NCBI GenBank assembly: GCA_029953675.1
Contig: JAMWBK010000007.1
Location: 1,674,001-1,738,000 of the forward strand
Direction of reading: 5' to 3'
DNA from: Rhodosorus marinus CCMP1338
Lineage: Eukaryota; Plantae; Rhodophyta
Length of the DNA: 64,000 bases
Shown here: positions 55,742-64,000 of the stretch, piece by piece
Layout of the letters: each line of letters begins with the position of its first letter
Numbering within the stretch: the stretch's first letter is position 1
Notes under the pieces: model-generated
Database searches by the model: none
What the model was told of the DNA's origin: nothing
Seen by the model: only the letters and a program-made list of their open reading frames with translations
Translations under genes and position numbers: made by a program

Positions 55742-57960
55742 CTAGCTGTCCCCGTCTTCGTCATTGTCATCATCTTCTTCGTCTTCGTCGTCCTCCTCGA
55801 TTTCTTCAACAATCTCCTCCACTTCCTCATCGGCGTCATCGTCCTCATCTTCGTCCTCCCCACTTGATGTTGTGTCGCCCGTTCTCGACTTTTCGCTGCT
55901 CTTCGTAGAAGACCGCGTCGTTGTTTTCTTCCCATCGTCTTCTGGGTCTTCGTCATTGTCATCCTCAGTTTTCGCGTCGTCCTCTTCGGGCTCCTCTTCC
56001 TCGGAGTCTTCTCCTTCCTCCGAGGCCTCTTCCGTGTCATCATCCGCTTTGTCTTCGTAGTCGGAGGCATCCTCATCCTCGGAGGACTGCAAAATCTCCC
56101 GCGACCTCCGCGCAGAGGTACGGGTACCAGTCGCCTTCCTTGGAGCGGGCTTCTTGGGCGCGGGTTTGGTTGACCGTGGTGCGTTCACTCTCTTCGCCTG
56201 CCTACGCTTCTCCGCGAGTATAGCGCTTGACACATCTCGCAAACGTCTCATCGCCGCCCTCGCATGGGGCTCATCAAGTTTCTCCTTTTGAGCCTCCGCA
56301 AAAGCCTCCAGAGAGGGATCTTTCCAGACCGCTTCCCACTTGCCCACACCGTGGCGGCTAACACCTATCATTAGCTCTCTATCGTGTTTTCCAGATACCC
56401 ACCTAAGCATACGGGATTCCAAGTCAAAGCTGCTGTCAATTCACGGTCGATCGGAGTGAGCGTTCCATGACATTCTTACCAATCCGGCAGAGTTTCTCCG
56501 CTTGGAGCAGGTTTCGGGGCCTGAAGTGAAAGCTTCTCGAGTGCAGACTTGCCATGGGGAGCGTCTGCATCGTGGGACGCCTCGATGAGACCAAGCCTTA
56601 CCCTTAGCTTCTGGGCAGTTACGAGGCTTACGAGAGCATTATCCATTTTCTCCTTCGCCGCAGCATTAATTTTCTGCCGTTCCTCATCATCTTCCTCGTT
56701 CTTGTCTGCCTTTGGCGGAGGAGCGAGGTCCTCGGCGCGAGGTTTGCCGGCGGCAATTCGGGCTGCCTTTCGTCGGGAGTGCTCACATATCACGCATTCA
56801 CACGAATCTTTGTGCTGGGTGCGTCGGTTCTTTCCAGCGTCGGTCTTGGACTCCTTTGCGATGGTCATTAGCATCTCCACATCCTTCATGAGCCGATCAT
56901 AGTACTCCTTCAGCGTAGTATCGTCCTTATTAGTCAGTCCACCGGAGTGCGCACGGAAGCTTGTCCAATCGAAGTTTCCGCTCGCGTCCTGGGTCGTTCC
57001 GGTAGCGAAAAGTCCGCGGAGAAAGTCGCTCTTTTCCTTCTTCGTCCAGAAATCCTTCGGGACAACGCGAGCTTTGGAAGCAGTTGACTGAGTCTTCTTC
57101 TTCTGGGGACCAGGCTTCCTTTCCTCTTTCTTCTTCGCCTGTTTACTGGCTCTCTGAGCCAGTTCAGTCTTGGCTTTCCTCTTTCTTATCATTTCAGCCT
57201 CTGTTTCTTCGATGTCATCTGTGTATACTAGAGCAGACGACTTGCGAGGGCCGAGGAAATATATTCCAATCTCTCCCAGCTCGATCAACTGACTGGATCT
57301 GAGCGCCAATGGGGGTGTCCCGAACAAGACAGGGACCCCATCGACGACAAGAGGATTCCTCTTTGAAAGACACGAGATAACCCAACATCGTTCCTCCGAG
57401 CTCCATTCCTTGAAAGACACGAGCGAATTTCGAGAAGAATCTTCAGTCGCCGCAGAACATGAAGGCCACAATGTGGTGTTTGTGATTGTTTCTTACGAGT
57501 TTGGCGTGGAGTCTTGAGACAGTCTTCGCGTCTCCCTTAAGCTCACAATCGGCACCCCCACCTTTTCTCCCAATCGTAAGCGTCTTGGTCTAACCGATCG
57601 CGTGAAATGCATCACAGACGGGTGGAAAGAGGAAAAACAACAACAGCCGCGTGAGACAGAAATTGAGCAGAAAGAATTGGAGTCATAGAGGAGGTGCTTG
57701 TTTTTCCTCCATTCTTAGCGGAGAAGCATGTCTTCAAATCCTACCCTCACTCGATGATCAAGAGCCCCTCGCCCTGTTCCTTGCAACCTCGCGTAGGCCA
57801 ATTTCCTCTCAGAACTTGGTTTGCTTCGCCTCGACTTAAACGTAGGGTTCACACCCGTCCCAGCACTCCGCGCCTGCCCTACACGGCCCCCATTTTCAAT
57901 CTTCTTTCCCGCTTCTTTCGCGGTCCCCGCCCCGCCCTTCTCCAATTCCACCTGTCCCAT
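55742..57960 (-). CDS. FHA-domain protein with SANT-like and CHD6-9-like SLIDE segments and an acidic tail (exons 57960-57751, 57589-57497, 57408-56480, 56402-55742; ~630 aa)
   Basis: The spliced reading gives AYARLQG..TKTLTIGRKGGGADCELKGDAKTVSRLHAKL|EWSSEERCWVISCLSKRNPLVVDG..LRSSQLIELG (FHA), then WTKKEKSDFLRGL, then LPDW|WVSGKHDRELMIGVSRHGVGKWEAVWKDPSL. Introns: 57750-57590 (alternative donor at 57744), 57496-57409 and 56479-56403, all GT-AG and phase compatible. Confidence 0.8.
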
Positions 57961-59576
57961 CCTTCAGATCCCAGCAAGCTCAAACGGGTCTCCAACCAAC
58001 TTGATTCACCCATGCGATCCCCGCTACTTGCGGACAACGCTGTCCATTCCCAGAGTACAAAAATCCAAGCCACCTCATGAAGCCAAGTCGAACGAGCCGT
58101 CCCCAGCAGCTCAGGGATCCAACTTCTGTCCAGATGTTCATCCAAAGCAAAGCAAAGCTAACCGATTTCCGCCTACAAGCTTCCTTCGCAGGAACAAAAG
58201 CCTTTCCCATAGTTTCTCTAGCAGCGCGTCTGACAAGCTTGACCGAAGGCAACTTGTAAACCCGAGCTTGGGAGGCTGGTCCCGACAATCCTTCGAAGCA
58301 GTGCTGGGGAGACTAAAAGTTTGCTGTAGCGAAAGGTCCACATGGACAAATTCTTCATTCTCCGGCAGCTTTCCAGTGCTCTTCTCGAGGTCCAGCTTTC
58401 TGTTTTTTTCGTACCCCGTAGTGCAATACATAGGCGACTGCGGATGACGAGATGTTACGGTTTGCACTTCGTTTCAGGAAACAATGATACAGTGAGAGGA
58501 AGAGCGTTGCTTAGCTTAACTACAAGGACTGCTCACATCGTCATCGATCCCTAGCTGTTCTTATCCGATGCTGCTCAAGCCCATTGTAGAGGAGTTGGCG
58601 ATCCACGTCGATATGAGCAGCCACGGTGACTCTCGTCCTTGCTTCAACGTAGGAAACGTTCTTTTCCTTGCAAAGGGCCAACCTTTCGTGAACCCATGGA
58701 AAAGCCCAAACATATCCTTATCTTACATTGTGTAGGAACTTTTCCAGTCTCCAATTTCCAATGCTGAAAAAGTCTTGCCTGATAATCAGGTCTCTATTTG
58801 TCAGTCTTCTTGACGATATCCCATGCAGGATCACTGTGGACTACGGAAATCGCTAGTAAGCCTGGGCTTGGGTGCGAGATGTGAGTGACTGAGAGCGCAT
58901 TGTGAAAGTCGATGCGGAGGAAGGACCTTTGACTCACAGAGTCGTAGACGTTTCTTGACGCGAGATTCATTTTCAGTTGCACACGGTAAACGTGAATCGT
59001 CCCGGCCTAGGCAGATCAGGGTTTGGGATTGTGTCTCGAGGGTCCAGTCTCAGTTGCCAACAGATAGCAAGCGGGGGCGCTGACATAAAGAGAATCCAGG
59101 CACTGCCCAGTTCTGTAGCGAGTGCTTGAATGGACCTTGGATTTACTCAGCAGTATCTGTTGCAAAATATTTGTGGAACAAACCTTCTTGAAAAAACAAC
59201 ACCTGCCCGCTTACCAGCAACAACCCCGCAAGCACAGTCCGGTCCTTGCACATCTCGGTGATCGCCTGGTTTCTTCTATTTAATCGCCTCCGTGACCAAG
59301 TACTCACTCACTCCAATCGTTCCATACATTGAAACATGCCAAATCTCATTTGTAGAGGAACGCAAGAGGACGAGCTCGACAAACATCGCCGCGGTTCCCA
59401 GGTGCAGATTCTTACAAAAGGAACGGGCTCAGCTCCTCAGAACAGCAATAGCTGTAGCGGCCCTTTTCCGAGAGCGTCAGACTCGTCAATAATATTTCCA
59501 ACCTTCCAAGCACAACATAATGCAAAACGCGCGATGCGAAGTTGGGTACTCCTCGTCGTTTAGCAGTGCGCTTGGT

Positions 59577-60569
59577 CTACTGAGCCGCATGAATTAACCT
59601 TCCGAACAAGGAGCCCGAGGTCTTGTCTGTGCTGGCCGCGCTTTCGAGCTCCGTGATGACTTCATCCCAATCAGGTCTATTCGTTGGTTCCCCGTCCCAG
59701 CACTTCGCAATAATCTTCTTAAGCTGTTCGCTTTTGACTTTCCTCTGCGTCGGACGCAAGTTCTTCTTTACCACGCCCATAGCTGCATGCAGGGGCAGCA
59801 CATGCCTACGGAGGGTTGATCGCATATGAAAGGAAATTATTAGATCTCGCGACCAACCCGGTTCATTCCCATTGTGAATGCGATTCCGAACGCAACGAAA
59901 AACTTACTCGTACGGGTGTTCGTTCATGAACATCTCGTTTACAACGATCGCAAAGCTGTAGGTATCAGCCTTTGCGGAGTAGGGTCCATGTCGAACAACC
60001 TCTGGAGCCATGTATTTGTAGCTTCCAGTCTCTCCTGTCATTCTCCCATCGCTGTCGATGAATCGGGAGAATCCAAAATCGGTGAGCAAGCACTCGTTCG
60101 ATTCCGACAGTAGAACATTTCCAGGCTTGATATCGCGGTGAATGATATCTTCTTTATGCAAGTACTGGATTGCCTTTGCCAGACCGATCGCGATGCTGTA
60201 ACGGAGTGGAGGTTTCTTGAGGAGAACCTTGGTCTCGTACAGTGCCTTCGTCAGATCCCCATTGGGCGCAAAATCCATGACCAACGCGGCGGTGACCGGA
60301 TCAGCTCGAAAACATATCCCGACAAATCCAATAATGTTCGGATGCTTCAACTTCGGTAAAAGAGTCATCTCGATCTTCACGCTCCCAAAGTCCTTTTTCA
60401 GGATCTGCACCGAATACGCCTTGATCGCAACCTTCTTTCCATGAAAATCAGCTTCATACGTAATACCAGCAGCTCCACGACCAAGAATCGGGCCAAACTT
60501 CAAATCCTTCTCTTTTAATAGCCATCCCTCATTCTGAAACGCCGACTCAAGGTTCTTCAAACCATCCAT
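59577..60569 (-). CDS. TKL-type Ser/Thr/Tyr protein kinase domain (exons 60569-59908 and 59805-59577; 296 aa; upstream exons possible)
   Basis: LGRGAAG, VAIK, HRDIKPGN, DFG, GETGSYKYMAPE, CWDGEPTNRP. 102-nt intron GA|GTAAGT...CTCCGTAG|G. An acceptor-like TTTTACAAAG lies just before the ATG. Confidence 0.93.
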
Positions 60570-62214
60570 CCTTTGTAAAATCAAATAAAACAGACAAATC
60601 TCCCCCACCCACCCAACCCCACCCCAAACCCCCCCCCCCTCCGCAACCCAAAAAAGCAAAGAATCCAACAATCTTCAACACAAAAAACAACTCAACCAAA
60701 CCCTCCCCCTCACCCCCCCAAAAGAAACAGATAACTAATCGAACCTTAGACTAGTAATCTTACAAGCCAAAACAAAAAAAAAAAAAAAAAAAGTTGTCCA
60801 ACACCTTGCCACCCAACACGTTGCTCCTCCTCATCCTCCTCCTCCACCTTCCCCAACTTCCTCTTCACCAGTTAAGCTTTTCATCCCATTTCCAACATTT
60901 TTGCCAATAGCAAATCTCCACAAAAGCGTTACGGATCCTCTTACCCTCCTTAGAAAACATATATACTACACTAAAATGCATAAAAAAGAATAAAAAAAGT
61001 AGGAAAAGACCGTTTGCAGAAGGTGGTTTCATATACCCCCTTCTCATTCAGTTAGAAAAACATTGCAACAGAGAGGATAGAAAAACACTAGAAAAAAAGC
61101 TCACCCTGAACTCCGATCAGATCGGGTGACGCACGTCATTTTTCAGGAGGTGCCGCCTGGCTGATGGGTGACTTTTTCTTCGTGTTTTGGCCTTTTGTGT
61201 GTTTTTGTTTTGTTTTTTAAAAATCAGGGTTTGGGGGGGTGGGGCGGTCAAAGAGATATTTGTTAACGTAAGAACAATGTATTATTTGAAATAAAAATAA
61301 TTTAACAGTTTGGTAGATGGGCATTGAGAGTGTATAAATAGTACATTAGCACGATCTAAGGGAAAGCTAACCGTCCCATCGAAATTTTTATCTCCAGACA
61401 AAATATATTTGCATTTGGTTTTTAACTTCTCAAAATCCATCCTTCAGGCTTCCTCCGTACATCTGTCTGAGGACCCCAAGCTACCTTTTTATGGGCGTTC
61501 TACGGGCACTCTGTTTACCTACCAAAATACTTTTTGACCTAAACGTTGTATTTTTCCAAACTTCGGTGCCTTCTTTTCTGTTTCCAAGTCCCGGAAAAGC
61601 CCACAACTTGGGCCCAAGTAATCAATGCCTGCCAATGCGTAGGCGGCCCATTGTGAGGTCGTCAATGATTCTAGAGGAATCTCACCAATTTTTTGCCCTC
61701 CACTTTCCGATAGACTTCCAAAGGCAAGACCCCCCGAACAAAACTAACCTAGTCTGATATAACTTGTACCCAGGATGAGTTACATTACTCTTCCTCTTCT
61801 ATCTTCCCAAGTTCAGTCTAGAGCCGTCTACTATAGTCTTCAGCGCGATTCTAACGTAACAACAGCTACTTCTAAGTAACTCCAATGTATCCATGAGAGC
61901 GTCTATTATATATATTATTGCAACCAACATTAACCCAAGTCAAGGCCGACGGCCGTACAACTAAACCGATCCTATCCCTGGCTATCCCATGAGTATGCCC
62001 AAGGTAAGCCAACATACTCCCTGACAGCTTGACTTCGTTGGACCTCCACAGTCAAACTGTGAACATTGGGTTTGACTTCTGTGTACGGCTCCAGCCTCCT
62101 CCTGAAGGTACCGAAGCACCCCAGGATTAGGCTTGTACCACCAAGAGGTCACGGAGCCCGAGACTTTGGCGTAGCCGCTCCCGATGCACCAGCGCCGGTA
62201 GTACCTTTTGTCTA

Positions 62215-62920
62215 CATCATCCGGTTTATTCAGAGCCTAACTGCCCTGAGAAGCGAGAAACAAGACACTGATGACGCGCGTCCAACAATAAAGCAGCGTT
62301 GGATCGCCACAGGGTCAAGGACAGCTCCGTGAGGAGGCTAGCAAGACGCCCTCGGTTGTTCCGAAAGAGTCCACGAAGCCAACGAGAACCTACACTATCA
62401 ACTAATCCAGAGCACTCGATGGTGGGTGGGACAAACCAACGCGGAGGAGACTCCAATTTTGTGTGAGAATTGTACACTTTTTTCCGCTTTTTATCCCTTT
62501 TTTGTACTTTTTTACACTTTTTATCAGTCGGGCATCTAAGGTCGACTGAGCCTAGAATCATCCATTCGTGTATAGACGTTTGTCCAAAAACACTCCAAAA
62601 GCCCGTTCAGAATAGATAAGACAATCAGGGGTTCTCAAGAGCGCGGGAACTTCATGTAGTTTGCGTGGGTCATTGTCCTCAGACCCCAGCTCTGAACCCG
62701 CTATATAGGCAGTAGTTTCTGAGCTTTTCTTAAAGCCTTTTGCTCAGTTTATAGCGTTTTGCACATGTTACCCTTTTTTGCGCTTTTTGGCACTCGTATT
62801 CTTTTATGTGGTACCCCTCGAGGTGGGAGAGCCGCCCCTCTTGGAACAAACCGATAGGACAATGCCGAATCTCGAAGCGTGGAGTCTAACATAGCCGCAG
62901 CGTGTTGGGATTCATACGTG
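62215..62920 (-). mobile_element. CRE/RLE 3' fragment interrupted by a ~400-bp T-tract-rich insert (~62445-62845)
   Basis: ESQHAAAMLDSTLRDSALSYRFVP (62920-62850) resumes as FVPPTIECSGLVDSVGSRWL..LWRSNA (62440-62260), matching the contiguous 37.6-37.8 kb copy. Confidence 0.75.
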
Positions 62921-63545
62921 TCAAAGAGAGCCCGACGTACCTCTCTCTAGGGACCGATGTACGTATACTGTCCCTTCCGCTTCCGCTCATTGGACACTAA
63001 CACGCGGATACTCTCCTCGTTCGTGTCTGCTCGAACTAGCGCGTCGTACTGGGACTCCATCTGCTGCTATGCTCCGTCCAAACCACAACTGATTCGCGCA
63101 TCTTACCAATAGATTTCAGGAACTCAGCTCGTTCACGAACTGCTGCCAGTTCGTCCACCTGATCAACCACGACCGGCGTTTGATCCAAGGGGTATTCGCG
63201 GTGGTTCTCCGCAAAGGAATAGCTCCAAAAAGAATTTGGAGCGGAGTATTCCAGAGACACGCGAAGGTGCATCCGTTGCCTACCGTGAACCTGTTCCAGC
63301 GGTGGCATCTGGAATTTAGCGGACGATTACCCGCCTCTCGAAGTTTTGGTAACAGATAGATAATGGTGCCGTGGATTCGTTGTCGAGATGGTCGGAGGTG
63401 CGGTTGATGAGAGAAGCTCGGCTGAAAGCGTGGCGAGGTTCATCTATGAGGAGATTGTGACACATTATGCTGCTCCGGAAGTAATTCTGAAGGATCGAGG
63501 TCAGAATTTCATGGCGCAAGTCGTACGTGAGTACTTAACAGCTCT
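62920..63545. mobile_element. Rearranged gypsy integrase fragments on both strands
   Basis: Plus strand: AVDSLSRWSEV / SAESVARFIYEEIVTHYAAPEVILKDRGQNF (rve core). Minus strand: REYPLD..LAAVRERA and KGQYTYIGP (GPY/F-like). Confidence 0.8.
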
Positions 63546-63570
63546 TACCGACAAAACAGATGTTTACATC

Positions 63571-63709
63571 GATGATGATCCATTTATTCAGAGCCTAACT
63601 ACCCTGAGAAGCGAGAAAAAAGACGCTGATGACGCGCGTCCAACAATAAAGCAGCGTTGGAACGCCACAAGGTCAAGGACAGCTCCGTGAGGAGGCGATC
63701 AAGACGACC
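63571..63709 (-). mobile_element. 139-bp 5'-truncated CRE/RLE 3' end with a 6-bp target-site duplication
   Basis: Near-identical to 62216-62345; the tail on the minus strand is CTGAATAAATGGATCATCATC; TACATC flanks it at 63565-63570 and 63710-63715. Confidence 0.85.
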
Positions 63710-64000
63710 TACATCCGCATATCATCGCCGGGGGACGAAGTCGCGACGCTCGCACTCTCATCGTTAAGTTAAGTTTGCCTGATGTACGTACCGGTCCCAA
63801 CGGTTGACCGCGCCATGTGTCAATTTCACCAACGCCTCCTGGAACGTCTGATTCCACCGCTCCACTCCCGAGTCCGTCGCGGGTGCTATGCGGATGTAAA
63901 CACCTGTTCGGTCGGTAAGAGCTTACAGCTCTTACCGTCAGTCAATATTCTCTTAATAGATTGAATTAGAAAGTGACACTTAAAGGAATATTTTAGTTTG

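Noticed and set aside
58138-58467. LEKSTGKLPENEEFVHVDLSLQQ resembling a SNF2 helicase segment upstream of the FHA gene
   Set aside because: The similarity stops after ~20 aa and no other helicase motifs occur in any minus-strand frame I read (57960-59040).
1-64000. tRNA, rRNA or CRISPR arrays
   Set aside because: None recognised; the repeats found are tandem, inverted or TE-derived and lack repeat-spacer periodicity.

Overview
This is eukaryotic nuclear DNA, shown by short GT-AG spliceosomal introns of 77-161 nt; the lineage cannot be determined from the sequence alone. It falls into three zones. (1) 1.4-32.3 kb is a compact, nearly intron-free cluster of six large genes. Four are divergent MACPF-like pore-forming paralogues with no signal peptide, three of which share an unnamed C-terminal module. 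One is a 1943-aa coiled-coil/beta-gamma-crystallin/multi-ILEI(PANDER) protein. One is a probable ~2700-aa protein with 7+ LamG/concanavalin-like repeats, formed from two in-frame ORFs joinable by an 87-nt intron. This pore-former plus multi-lectin cluster is the best candidate for an undescribed system (toxin/attack or cell-autonomous immunity, possibly of bacterial origin). (2) 33-41 kb, plus scattered spots elsewhere, holds decayed retroelements: copia, gypsy and CRE/RLE-type non-LTR copies, with inversions, a 424-bp foldback and tiny tail insertions. (3) 42-61 kb holds ordinary host genes: KDSR, an FkbM-like/GT31 glycosyltransferase fusion, a C2H2 protein, an unknown acidic protein, an FHA plus CHD-like SANT/SLIDE protein and a TKL kinase. 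All family calls come from motifs recognised by eye; no database search was run.
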